A stretch of DNA of 62,274 nucleotides, counting the filler, from Sphacelaria rigidula (lineage: Eukaryota), in assembly GCA_964200075.2 (NCBI GenBank). It is 6 parts of 6 records of this genome, joined end to end, with 100 filler letters (N's around TTAATTAATTAA, not from the genome) between each part and the next. Parts side by side here need not be neighbours in the genome. Positions count along the whole stretch, not along the records: positions 1 to 10,297 come from CAXNAA020006767.1; positions 10,398 to 20,694 come from CAXNAA020006768.1; 4 more parts are not named here. One strand, written 5' to 3'. The notes under the pieces were generated by a model. The model had not been told where the DNA came from and made no database searches. It worked only from the letters and a program-made list of their open reading frames with translations. Positions within the stretch are counted from its first letter, which is position 1. Each line of letters opens with the position of its first letter. The translations under genes and the position numbers were made by a program. Positions 1 through 11,985 of the stretch are shown one piece after another.

Positions 1-66
1 TTGGGGGTGTGGGGGTGGGTGTGGGGGGTGGGGGTGTGTGGTGTGGGGGGGTGTGGTGGGGGGGGT
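1..66 (+). repeat. G-rich low-complexity tract (GGGGTGT-like), G-quadruplex potential
   Basis: Many GGG-GGGGGG runs separated by T/TGT at the contig start. Confidence 0.8.
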
Positions 67-474
67 GCGAGGGTATCGCGGCATCATTCAGGTATTTCTG
101 GCGGTAGCGGAAGTACGGAAATTTTGGGAAGCAAAAACGCTCCGCGAACTACTTCACACCATGTTTTGGGCTCTACCCCCATGGTATTTTTCGGGGGCGT
201 TTCCTCTGGTAAATGCAAAGATTTAACGTAAAGACAAGAGCTCGTGTTGGCGGGTATGATCTCGTATCTAGTTAAGATGCGCCGTTGGATTTTATGTATA
301 CCATGTGTGCAAGGCATGAGCTTCATGCATTGAAATATTGGATATGACTTCGTCGGGTTGTGCAGATCAACGGGTTTGTTGCAAGGTACTTGGATATCGC
401 TCATGTTTGATTCCACCTCTTTACAGTGCATGGACCTCATTGAAATATTGGATATAAAGATTCCAAGAACAGAT

Positions 475-705
475 CGAGTGGAGTATACTCAATACTCAGT
501 ATTCTCGAAGAGTCATACTTTCAGTACACAAATTTTTAGTAGAGTATTTGACGTCGTACTCGATCTACTCAACATTTGAGCAGAGTATTTGAGGCCATAC
601 TCGACCTGCCCAAAAATTGAGTAGAGTTTGTGAGGCCGTACTCGACCTACCCGAAATTTGAGTAGAGTATCGAGGTCATACGCAAGTGATACTCTATACT
701 CAAGG
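475..705. repeat. Degenerate ~40-bp tandem array rich in GAGTA/TACTC, probably a subterminal array of a non-autonomous DNA transposon
   Basis: Unit ~ATTTGAGTAGAGTATTGAGGCCGTACTCGACCTACCC repeated about 4 times. The TACTCGACCTACCC motif also occurs in the TIR of the MITE at 46424-46628. Confidence 0.6.
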
Positions 706-1397
706 ATAATGTGCCTGTTGGAAAGTACTTGAATATGGATCATGGGTGAATTTGGGATTGTTCAAGAGATTATCGTTCTGTGTTATTGGGCAGGTTGGAA
801 GAGGCCAGATTGCCGGTCAGGGGCTGCATCGGATCTTCCACGCATGTTTCTTGTTATTTTACTTGTTTTCGGCCCCGTTGGTCTTGACCGACGATGACGA
901 TCCTTGTGGTGTGTGTCTTTCTGAGACAGGATGGTGATGAGCACCCCGACCGACACTGTTTGGGTCTTATGACTACTCTTGAACAATATTATCTATTTTT
1001 CTTGTAATCTACGCAGAACATCAGTCAACGTGCCCAACTGAGCAGCAACGCTCGCCGAGCTATCACAAATTCCACACTTTGTATTTCATGAATTCGAGCG
1101 ACCATCAAGTAATATCATCTTGAACTATCCGCGCAAGATCGAAATTCTATCTACAGTCGACCATCCGGGGACTCGAATCCCTGGTTTTCTGTTCAACAAG
1201 CAGGCCTTTGACCGCAGCATCACTTAGCGCTCTCCAGTTAAGTGATCAAATATCTGCTTGTTGAACAAAAAAATGAACTGTTAAACCGATTCCCCGCCTA
1301 GTCACATCAGCGACCTCCGGGGTTGCGCTCCCCGCAAGCCTACGCGTTCGAGGTCCAAATGCCACCATTGATCGACCGTACTGGGACCGGGCAAACG

Positions 1398-1399
<2 letters not shown>

Positions 1400-1435
<36 letters not shown>
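1400..1435. repeat. (AT)n microsatellite
   Basis: Perfect AT dinucleotide run. Confidence 0.97.
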
Positions 1436-1437
<2 letters not shown>

Positions 1438-1499
1438 TACGGCAAGCGGGCGTATGATTACGCACCACGTTTTTGTTCCATAAGCGAACACTTGACATC

Positions 1500-1933
1500 C
1501 GAACCAATGAGGGTCAGATGTCGAATGTCTGCCTGCGGAGTAAACCATGGTGCCCCTCAATTTTCCAGAGGATGTCGCCAGGGACGCGACAGTGCTCAAA
1601 TTTCTCATTCAAAACCTCTGTCATTCAAAGGAGGAATTGCGAACAGGCTCAGTGGCGTTCGTCGCTCTCCCGGCGTATAATATTTCCTCTTCTGAGATTC
1701 TCGCCGCCCGAGATGTACCGGCCGTGGGTCGCGCAAGTAGCGATCATGGGCTGTATCAAGATATTATTGTGTCGTCGCGAAGAGCTAGGCGTGAATGCTG
1801 CGGAAGACAGAGCTGTCGAGGAGGGGATGGGCGCTGGAGAAAATGCAAGGAATGAATCTGGTGCCGCGGGTGGCTTAGTCTCACAGTTGGGTGCTCGTGG
1901 AAGCACGCAGTACCTCAAGGGAGCTTGAGCCAC
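1500..1933 (-). pseudogene. Degenerate restriction-like endonuclease (RLE) region of a non-LTR retrotransposon (CRE/R2-type)
   Basis: One minus frame, broken by stops, reads ...SRRHNNILIQPMIATCATHG...CRVPGDILW...QTFDI*. This matches the RHN / PxDI / D order of RLE domains. Confidence 0.45.
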
Positions 1934-4900
1934 TAGGAGAGAGCAACATATGCAGAGTCCTTGAATAGGAAAAGGTCGCTATCGAGCGAGACTGCTCGGA
2001 GGAGCTACCGGGGGCCGTACTGCACGATGCAAAACAAGGACATGTGTTTTGCACGGCTTCTGTAAACGCTTTTCGTATGTTTTGTTGTGCTTCAAGAAGT
2101 ATAATCCAGGGACAATCATCAATGATTGTCTGAAACCACCGGGAGGGGGCTGCTGGGTAACCTGTGGGATTACGATCTGACCCGTTTTATAGCGTAGCTT
2201 GACTCACCTGTCCCTCTTGCCGTCTGCCGTGTATCTGATGTATATACTATCGGTCAGGGGTACAGGGTCATAGTACCGGGTGAGAGAAATTTCAAGGATT
2301 GAGTGGAATGTGTTTTGTTGGTAAGTCGCACGATATCTTCTCCAAAGTAAAACAACTTTCCGTTTCCTGAGTATTAAAATGTGAGCCCACAAAAGTCAGT
2401 TCTACGGCTTCACGCAGTTCGGCACCGCAAAATCCCGATATCGCATACACCGCGACTGTTCTTGTGTGTGCCGATGGCATCGGGGGGTAAAGGTGCTGCA
2501 ATGAAAAATCAAAATATTGTGTGGGTTGTAGCAGCTGTGCCGATGCTCTTCTTCACTAAAGCGTCGTTTTTCCATCCCAAAAAATGGCGGAATATCTAGT
2601 GAATCAACCCCATCGTTGGGCACGGGCCGAAGGCAGTTTGTGGCGACTGCTAGTGTGTCGGGCACGGCGGTGGCACAAGAGGGTTACAAATACCATTCAT
2701 CGCCTTATGGGTAACTGAAAAAACACACCCAATCTTATTCATTGGCCAAATCTGAAACAATTGTTGACACGTAGTCGTAACGTTGTCGGATCTGCAAATC
2801 AGGCACGGCACATGGACAAATTAGGCACGGCGCACTATTATCATGATTGAGAGCCCCGATGCCTGGTCGGGTGCTTTCACCGGAAAGCCCGTCGTTCAGA
2901 CCAAAACTGTAGAGCACTCGGTAATAGTAACTAATCTGAAGAAAAGGTGACGATCTAATATTCGCAAACGTGTTTTTGAACATGCACTGCGGTGTTTTGC
3001 TGAACAGCAATCGGTGGCGCGTCATGTTGTGCGTCCTAGCGCTCGGGCGGCCTTGGACTCCGGTCTCGAATGACCGTTAAAACTCAATATAGTAACGTTT
3101 CTGTGCTGCTGTATCGTCACTGCGGCGCTGGCCATTAGACGCAATTATCGTGGTTGGTTCAATTAATATCATGCTGCTCTTTCGGTGGCCATCACTGTAG
3201 AACTAATTGTGACTCGAACCTATTGTAACTCATCCACCATGTGCCATCGATCTCTGCACTTTACCGAACAAACACTGCACTCTGCAGCACCCCCTGGAGC
3301 ATTTTCACCTCTACGACGACTGCTTGCTGCGCTAGTGCGGGGTATTTTGTAACACTTGTGATCGACATCTGTTGTTCGTATAGTTTCTCTCCTTCCGCCC
3401 AGCGCCGGTTCAAAAACGCCATCCTATGTTGTCTGCACCGTGTTGGCTGGGTTATTTTGTTCAACCACGATCGGATTCCTTGGAGGTCAGTCAGTGTGAG
3501 ACAATCACTCGATCTTGTTCGTTTTTCTCATTCGTCGGCAGCCTCTCGTCGCTCAGTGTTTCAATTCCTACTCAGGGAGGCCGGTCCAAACACCGGGGGA
3601 TCGCTTCCAGGGGAAGCTAAGTGCACGAGGAGTTCTTCGGCGCAAAGGAGCACGGCGGAAATGGTTCGTCTACGATGTGGAGGTCAGAGAGACTCACACG
3701 ATTGGATCACTGCTGCGAGGAACGCGGGGAAATGTCATCTTGATGTCGAGAAAGGGGCGGAGAAGTCCGAGGAGGCGTGACGACGCAGAGGCAAACTCAA
3801 ATCGGACCTTCGTCACAAATGAGAGGATGCTGCGAAGAGGGCCGCCCATCGTGAGCCCTCACCGTTGACACAACAGGAACACCGCGCGAGGAATTCGGGA
3901 CGGAAAATGATGGAGAGAGTACCCCGCCTTGTACCCGACGGGGGATGAGTAGGGGGTGCTCGGTTTACACGTAAACCGATTTACCCCTGTCTTGTCTCTC
4001 GGTTGCTGACTTTTTCCGTTGCCCGTGGTTTTGCAGTGTCCCCTGGTTTTATACATGCTGGAGTATCCTTAGGCTTCATCGCTTTCATAGTTCCCTTTTC
4101 CTCTGCATCTCTGTCTCTTTCTCTGTCTTTGCCTCTTGTCTCTCTCTGTCTGTCTGTGAGTTTGCCTCTCTCGCCCTCTGTTTCATTCCCCCCAGCGTTA
4201 TACCTACAAGAAGCAGTCTGGTGCGTTGCTTCCGCAGAGCTCACGGGCGAGAGCTTGTATCCAAATGGTATGGGCGAAATAGCCGAGCCGCAATCTGCTT
4301 CCACACCTTTCGCTTCTTCTGTATATGAGTGCATATGCTTTTTTCGCGCAAGGCCTTCCTTACTGGAAGCCATGCTGCGGGGGCTGGCCATTTCTATTCA
4401 AAAGCATATACTTCCTCTGTCCCATAAGTAAAGGTACCTAACGGCGATACATTGTTTAGGTATGCCAGTGGTGGCGACGATGTTGTGGTTGGGTTCGTTA
4501 AAACGGCAAAGCGCAGACGAAGCTGATGAAGGAAAAAGAAGGAAAAAGTTGTTTTCATCACTAAAACTATTTCGAAATATACCCCATTTTGACCCTTTTT
4601 GATCCATTTCCCCCCCATCATTGACCGATTTTGGACGCTTTCACGCCGAGCACTAGCAATTACATGCTAACAAAATGTTGGATGGGGCGTGCGTAGGTTA
4701 ATATCACGGACATGTCCAAAATCAATGGTGGTTCCGCGATTTTCACATTTTTTGGCCCATTTTTCGGGATTTTTCGTGCTCCCGGGTCCACCATGCTTTC
4801 CTGGGAAAACGGGCGAAAAATGGCCGTTTTTGGATCGACCTCTTTTTTCTCGGCCGCGCGGCTGAATGGTTCAAGCACGAGCTCCAAATTTTAAACACAT

Positions 4901-7086
4901 TTTCTTAACCCAAAAAACACCGTAGAGTTCACTAAAAAAAAAGAGATCGGACATCGTTAAGGGCCCGTACAAATTTATGTACCTTTACTTATGGGACAGA
5001 GGAAGTACATTTCTATTATAGCTCTTCCCCGTTCCTCCCGCTTCCTTCTCCTTCTCGGTTTTGTTTTGTCTCTGTTTTGGTGTGTTCGGTTTTGTTGTTT
5101 TTTGGTTTCACTCTGTGTGCGCTATAACTTTGTTCTTTCCACTTTTCTTCTTCTTAGCGAGCATTTTTTTTATTTACCTCTATCTAATGGCCACGGCTGG
5201 GCCTCTCAGGGATCACTTAGTGTGCGACAATAAATCAAATCAACCAACCAATCGAATCCTCAACTTCGACTCACCCAGCGAAATCAAGAATATAAATAGT
5301 CAACAAAGGTCGACCCCTTGAAACATGAACGCCACGACTTGGAAACTTGAAACGAACGGAACTAAAGGTGGCAGCACCGGAGAGGACTCTTCCCCTCGCC
5401 GACGTGTACGAAGCAGGCGAGGTAGGCGAGAAGTCGTCCACAGTGCAGAGGTAAAGAACGAGGTCGCCGACGAAGGCTTGTCAGAGAGGGCGATTACCTG
5501 CACTGAACTACTTCGACAATTGAATTGGCGCGAACTCTTGTGCCGCGTTTCCCTTAGAAGATCTGTATTCGTCGACAATTTTCAAATCAACGACGCTTGA
5601 AGCTCGAGAGAGGGAAGGGGTGAAGTGAACCGCCCTTGCAACAACACACCGCATAACGTGAACGCTTTATCCGTGCAGTGTTGCAAGCTAGATTCTACTA
5701 TCCCACCAAGCGTTTATTCGAGCCTCGAATATTCCCCTGTGTAGTCCCCTCTGTACACACACTAGATGGTACAGCGTTCGACCATAAAACATCAAGAGAA
5801 AACGATGCCGGTTTAAGGAACACGCTTGGACGCTTTGGAAGTATTCAATTGCAGATTGCACAGTTACCTACATGCATTCTACACAAAGTTGTGTAGAACT
5901 GGTGCGCGCGTAGTCGTCATATGATTATCCTAGGTCAATGTCCTACATAAAACCGAGCATAGAACGATTCTGGTCTATGTACTACGACGCACCCCACGTA
6001 TACACACGTGCTCGATTGTTCGGTTGTGAAAGCCAGTGTGGGAGGAAAACAACGGCGAGAACCAATGCAACTTTACAGTCCCAAGACGTGCTCTCACCAC
6101 TAAGTGACGGGCATACGAGAAGGCCTTGGCGGTGATCAAGGGGGGTCATCCTCGCCTCCAGTCCCAGCTTGTGGACCGGCCGTATGTCGCGCGACAAATT
6201 TGAACACAGCTTACACATTTTTAGCGGAAGCTACTGCGATGCTCCTCGACTGTACTATACTCAAAGGCAACACCAAGCGTGGTAACGAATACGGGAATAG
6301 TTTTGAAGCGCCCCGCCCACAGATAACGGCTAGCATCACATTACCACCGAGATTTAGTGGAGCTCAACATCCGTGCTTTGAGGCAAATGGTTCCGGTCGT
6401 TGCGTAAACAAACAATGCACGACCACGAGAATGATGACGGCGCTCTAGACTCGTGTCAATCTGCATCAACCAGTTCCTCACGTTCATGGCGGGAAAACTC
6501 AGCAATACCCACAGAGGCACGTAAAGCCAAATTCCATGCAAAAATCGTAGGTCGTCCTTCCAGTTCGCATCATTAATACTGTACGCCATGAGACGTCAAT
6601 CAAATAGTGGAAGTTATTCCCTGAAATTAATGCTTCCAACTTCAAGACAGTTGCACTTGATCAGTATAGCATAGCTGACATCGCTAGTGGTGGACAGCAC
6701 ACATATGCACCCACACCACCCCGCCTTCTCTCGACGCCGGCGCACCCTCGTTGTACACCAAAACTTTACAGACATACTAGAAAACATCGCTCGAGTAGCG
6801 TCTGATATAATTGGAGTTGTCAGTCCACCTGAAACTCAATCGTATCTCCCGCCCGGTTCCACACGCCATACTCTCCAAACATATCTTCACGAGGATCAAC
6901 AATAATTCGAAAGCTCACGCTTGCCACTTCTTCACTTGTGCAGTATAAATCTTCGTTCTAAACGTCTGCATGTTTTCAGGTCGCAGTTCCCCACGCCCCC
7001 TTCATATTGCATGAGCAGGGAGACCAGACTTGACGAGAAAGGGCGAAATTGTGTTGATATTTAAACATCGACATGCATATATGTAG

Positions 7087-10000
7087 TCATGATTGACACT
7101 CTTGCCGATGTCGATCGTCATCGTCTATTCTCAGCTTCGACATATACTGCTCTCCTTGCAGAGCTCCCCCGCCAGGAATACTCAGAGATAGCTGGATGTA
7201 CTCAGGGTACCTGCGCGGATGGTCCAAAAAACGTGAGGACACGCATTGCGAGCGATAGGCACGGCGTTAGGTCAGAGTACACTTTTTTCCCCACAAAGAC
7301 ACTATTTACATCAGTGGAAATGCAAAGGTAAACGGCGTCACAGCAATATCGCTCTCACTAACAGCCCGTAACCGGTGGAAAACCCAAGTGCAGTCAAGCA
7401 CGCACTTCGAGGCGAACGCCTTTGGTTCATCCGCAAAACGCAGCTCCCACACGGAAGGTACAGTGCTTAGTAAAGCCAAGCGGGAGACAAATAGGCCTAC
7501 CATCATGCCTCCAGCTCGCTATCAGAGACCCGGCGATGTACAGTACACCATCCGTTATTTATGTCAGAAGGGACCATGCATTCTCGCATGCTCTCCCCTA
7601 TTGGCTATGTAGTCCGTGCAAGATGATGGTGGGGGCGATAATCATACTAGATACTGACGAAGAAAACTCGATCACTCGACGTTTTCATCATTGAGATTTG
7701 GATCACAGGCCAAATTTGTTTTGAATTTTGGTGCAATGCACATTGTTCGAGGGGTACATGCTGAAAGCCGCTGCTGAGTTTGCATCGGCTAAGTATATCA
7801 TCATGTTATTCGGTCGCTCCCAGACCGTTAAATTCCAGCCATGCGTCATCCGTTTTTCGGAGTTATTCGCCATACGAAGTCACCTTTCCCTGCAGTGGTC
7901 GTCCATGATCCTCACGAAAAAAGACCGTTCAGTTTCTCCTGGTTCAAATGTCAGCTCCCCCGTTGTCTGCTCGTAGTCTCCACAGACACCCTTGTCAGTG
8001 ATAACAGCGATATGACGCAAACAGTTGGTAGCGTTGACACAAAAACTTAGAGGGTTAATCACGGTCGAGAGCAGTCATTTCGACTTCATTCCTTTGGGGC
8101 ATCGAAGAAGAATGCCGCTCATCGCACGTGCTTGAGGAATAGTGGTGGGGTGATCTATGGAGCCCTGTTTGGGGAGGAGTGCGCCTCCGTTGGTCCACAT
8201 TTGAACATTTTGATCGATTGCGTTACTAATCGTAATCGGTCTTGATCTCGAAGCCTTTCCCCTGCTAACACCGGGCACGACCTGCCAGGTCGTCATCGAA
8301 ATCGATATCCATTTTTCGACGTCGATTTTGATTCTCGATAAGGCATACCTCGATCAAAATACAGGAGATCTCATGTGGTGATGGGTCCCGCAATTTCCTG
8401 CGACCAGCGAATGTACACACGAACCTCACAGACGAAGTGTTTGGAGCGTTACCCTACTCACGGACGTGGCGTCCTAGCGGGCAAGTATGAATACGGGCTG
8501 ACTTTTCACTTACCGGAGTCCTATTTCCCACGGGAAGAGCAGAACATTCCCGGTACGCGTCAGAGTCTATACCCCTTGCCGTGAGGTCACTGGTGGCGAA
8601 AGCAACGGTGAACCAGTCGTCGGAATAATCGCTGCGTCGCGATACTTTGACGACCGCTTTCCAACCCTCGAGGTACTGTTCTTTCTCGTGGAGCTGGCGC
8701 CAATTCCCTTCCTGAGTAGACGTGAACAAGAGCGATTGAACACAGTCATTTCGCGGCCACAAGGGGCGGGGTTGGATTTATCTCGAGGTTAACCGATTTC
8801 GAATGGCACACGTTAACAGGTACAGGTAAACGCGTCTCGTAGGGGGTGACCTCGTGTAGCACCTCCTACACTCGTTAGCTGTTCACAACGCGAAGCTGCA
8901 TTTGATACTCGCAAACGCTGAAGGTAGTGACCCAAAATACATTACCCGATGGCACTGGTGTTATCAACGTTAGCATACTCCGACAACCGGTGGATCAGGA
9001 TCCGGGCAAGAGATATTGTACTCGCTGTTATGGTGTTTCGTCAAACCACTTCGGTACAGAATGCATAGACGAGTCCGCTCATCTACTCATACAAATGACA
9101 CGGGGTTCTTCACTGTCAGTCCAGGCGACTGATGTTTAAAGTTTCTTTTAGAATGTCACAGAAGAACTGACGCCGCCACTCACGCCAAATGAGTTCTTCG
9201 TTGTCCCTGTCTGCACTACGAAGTGTTTTCCTTGCACCCATGCATGTAGTTGCGAACGTGTGTAGCTTCTGCAGTAACTTCACCGTCAAGGGTCATATGC
9301 TGTCGCCTACTGCACATACCTCGACGCTGAACTCTGTCTGCGTGAACCCAACCCTGGCGACACCAACATCGAACTGGTACACCGCACCAGCATCCATCCC
9401 AAAGGAATCCGAGTGTGGTGCCCCTACGAAAAGGTGACGCCCAGAAGGCTGTCGAAGGCATTAGTTGAACGCACGAATTCCGTGAAACGGGAAAGATCAG
9501 GAAGAATGTTTTGATACCACAGTAGTGTGGGCGCTGCTGTCATAGACGAGCTTGTGCAGTTGCTCACCTCTTTCCAAGTACACCGTTTTGAGGAGATAAA
9601 CCGAAAACATAGCGATGTGTGCTCGAGAACCTCAGAAAAGAGGAGGATTGAAATACCGCATAATTTTGGCGGAAGGTACATTTGTTTTGGATATCAATGT
9701 CAACGGGATACCGCTGTCACCTCCTGAAGACTGGCACCAGGGGGTGGTGCGACACATCTTGTCAAGGAGAAGAGGAAAGCGTTACGCTATGAAACACGTA
9801 ATTTTCGACACGAAAGCGAAGCAAGGGGGCATCTTGAGCACCATGCACTATAGTGGATATATACTTCAACAGTCTGCCATTACAATGACCTCCCTTGAAA
9901 CATCACCACCTGAAATTTTCCAGTAGCTCGAGAACACGAGGGAGTAAACGTTGAAAATGGCGTGTGGAACAGCTGCTCACCGAGTACGAAATTGCGCTCC

Positions 10001-10154
10001 CAAATCGGTCTGCCGCGGAGGCATCGTGTGCCTGCAACTTGAAACGCTCATATCCCTGCCATATTGCTTCGGCGTCGTCCTCTTTCTCGAGAACGCACTT
10101 CGGCTCTACTCCGGTAGGCCGCGGTAGACGCACGAATACATACACGGCACCAGC
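7087..10154 (-). CDS. 3' part of a spliced FG-GAP repeat + Calx-beta domain protein (5' truncated by the contig end)
   Basis: Five GT-AG exons with matching phases: 10154-9981 (AGAVYVF...KLQAHDASAADRFGSAISYS), 9448-9320 (PSGRHLFVGAPHSDSFGMDAGAVYQF...VGFTQTEFSVE), 8711-8514 (EGNW...VKVSRR...FTVAFATSDLTARG...), 7990-7884 (GDYEQTTGELTFEPGETERSFFVRIMDDHCRE), 7210-7087 (YPEYIQLSLSIPGGGALQGEQYMSKLRIDDDDRHRQECQS*). FG...GAP...GAVY is the FG-GAP motif; DY..GELTFEPGET...IMDD is Calx-beta. Confidence 0.9.
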
Positions 10155-10297
10155 CTGGCCGAACAACAGTATACAGAAATATCAAATGTTGCTTTCTCTC
10201 ATGGCAGCATGAATTTCGGCTCTTGAGTAATCCTACGATAGGGGGGGGGGGGTGCTTGGCTGGAGGAGCGAAGAACACACCCCTGAACTCCAGTCCC

Positions 10298-10397
10298 NNN
10301 NNNNNNNNNNNNNNNNNNNNNNNNNNNNNNNNNNNNNNNNNTTAATTAATTAANNNNNNNNNNNNNNNNNNNNNNNNNNNNNNNNNNNNNNNNNNNN
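10298..10397. other. Artificial 100-bp contig linker (N44-TTAATTAATTAA-N44)
   Basis: N run with a six-frame stop spacer, identical in design to the four other linkers. Confidence 0.98.
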
Positions 10398-10709
10398 CTC
10401 ATTGCACAGCGGCAGGGTACAGGGTGACAAAGCAGACCGCAGGACGTCACATCCTTAGCCTATCCCTGTCCTGCATTGATTTCGCGCTGCCCTATGCAGT
10501 TCGTCACATCATGAACGCAGCCACTTGTAACTGCGGCCAACTTGTACGCGGGATATCACCCCTCGCTACGCGCTATATCGCTACGCCACATTTTGTAAAG
10601 CTGTCCGGGTTGTAGCTACAGCGTACGTTGCCCCAGGTGGCGCACGCAGGAGTGAAAGGCCGCCTCCGCCGCTGTAATGGCTGCCTACCTAGAAAAACTA
10701 TCGTGTTGG

Positions 10710-10802
10710 CCTTCCTCCTCCGTGACCCCGGCTGGTGCGCCCACATATAACGAAAAGTGGAGACCGGTGTTCACGATAGATGGGACGACAACACACACAC
10801 AA
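10710..10802 (+). mobile_element. 3' fragment of tRNA-derived SINE family 1
   Basis: CCTCC..GTGACCCCGGCTGGTGCG..CACAT..AGACCGG..GATGGGACGACAACACACAC matches the 3' ends of the copies at 50769-51122 and 57330-57688. Confidence 0.75.
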
Positions 10803-11880
10803 CTCACTGACTGTTTCGCACTTTTGCTGTCTCGTTCCTCGTAATGTATGTGCAGGGCACCATGATGATGATGAGGGTGCACTATCTGCGCGGTCGCATG
10901 CTAGTGTTCTGTTCCTCGTTGCTCACGTTCGTAAAGTTTGTGCACACTGTCCTAGTGTGCACACTACGTCAGTGTAGTACATCAATGGTGCTTCTTGTGT
11001 TTTTTTTTGTGAGGTGCCGTCGTGTTGGATCGATGGTGTAAGGACTTGGCCTTGAACTTAACGGCGTGTTTCCTTTCCCCACCCCTGACTCGTGCGGTCG
11101 CATGAGGTGAGCACAGCTCAATGGGTTGTTGCGTTACACATATTTGTAGGATGTACTCGCCTAGGGACTAATTGCATACCGAATACCCTGTTAACGACCA
11201 GTCTGCGGTTTCACTGAACAATTGTTGAGTTGAACATTACAATGAAAAGGGTCCACTTGACAATTGTGCATGGTACCAATTACCTGTGACAACGATTCCA
11301 TCCGCCCCGAACGGTAGTTCGCTTTGTCCCCTGTGCGGAAGTGTATCGAGACGCCAGGAAACTTGCCATTCTGCCACGCAGGAAAATGTCACAATTCGCA
11401 GGTCCGGCAGTGGCAGGAGGGAAAGGGCACGGGGCGAGGCACGAGAGATGTAGTTCGCGTCAAAAGCCAAGACTGTGACCTGTTGAAAAGTGTGGGTATA
11501 CCCGAGGTACAACAGGGGAGCACACAAGCTTTTACACATTATATTGAATGGCTGGACCGCGAGTACAGCGAATGTTGTTTCTTCCGTACACCAGAAAGAC
11601 TTTCGCAATTCCGGAGGATTGCTTTCCACCCGCCAAATGCAGCAAGACGTTTCAAATAGTCCCGATGTTATGTGCTGTGTGCTGAAGCCACAACATGAAT
11701 GCAGGTCAGACCGTTCAAAATGTTACTGGTCGACGGTGCCTTACTGTGCTTGTGCGTGTTCACCCGGCAACATATATCCACCGCTATGGATTCTGCAACG
11801 CAACGGTCAATGTTTCAGCTTTGCCATCTTGTATATCAGCATTGCTCGGTTACCTGTAAAAGTGGATCTACGGTCTACTC

Positions 11881-11985
11881 CCTACCGGGGAGAGATGGCT
11901 TGATCCCTTGAGACCACGGACTCGTCCCGAGGAAGAGGAGGGGTTCAAAGTGCGACAAATGAAATAAAAATAAGAATTAAAAAAT
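11881..11985 (+). mobile_element. 3' fragment of SINE family 2
   Basis: TACCGGGGAGAGATGG..ATCCCTTGAGACCACGGACTC.TCCCGAGGAAG plus an A-rich tail; matches 13805-13897. Confidence 0.75.

Noticed and set aside
92-208. Isolated plus-strand exon (VFLAVAEVRKFWEAK...FSGAFPL)
   Set aside because: It has plausible AG/GT borders but no partner exons or recognisable motif.
1155-1235. tRNA-like sequence on the minus strand (GGATTCGAGTCC box B-like)
   Set aside because: Box A is degenerate, no convincing cloverleaf, and no second copy in the window.
3261-3464. hAT dimerisation domain (KYPALAQQA)
   Set aside because: The flanking WW and SxxxERxFS motifs are absent; the similarity is too short.
7160-7175. 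Frameshift in the last FG-GAP/Calx-beta exon
   Set aside because: The run has five C's on the plus strand, which keeps PGGGALQGEQY in frame to the stop at 7087.
10342-10353. TTAATTAATTAA palindrome as a biological site
   Set aside because: It is embedded in Ns and repeated identically in all five gaps; an assembly spacer.
10700-10760. LYVGAPAG as an extra FG-GAP exon of the gene at 7087-10154
   Set aside because: It is the antisense reading of a SINE family 1 fragment and lies on a different contig.
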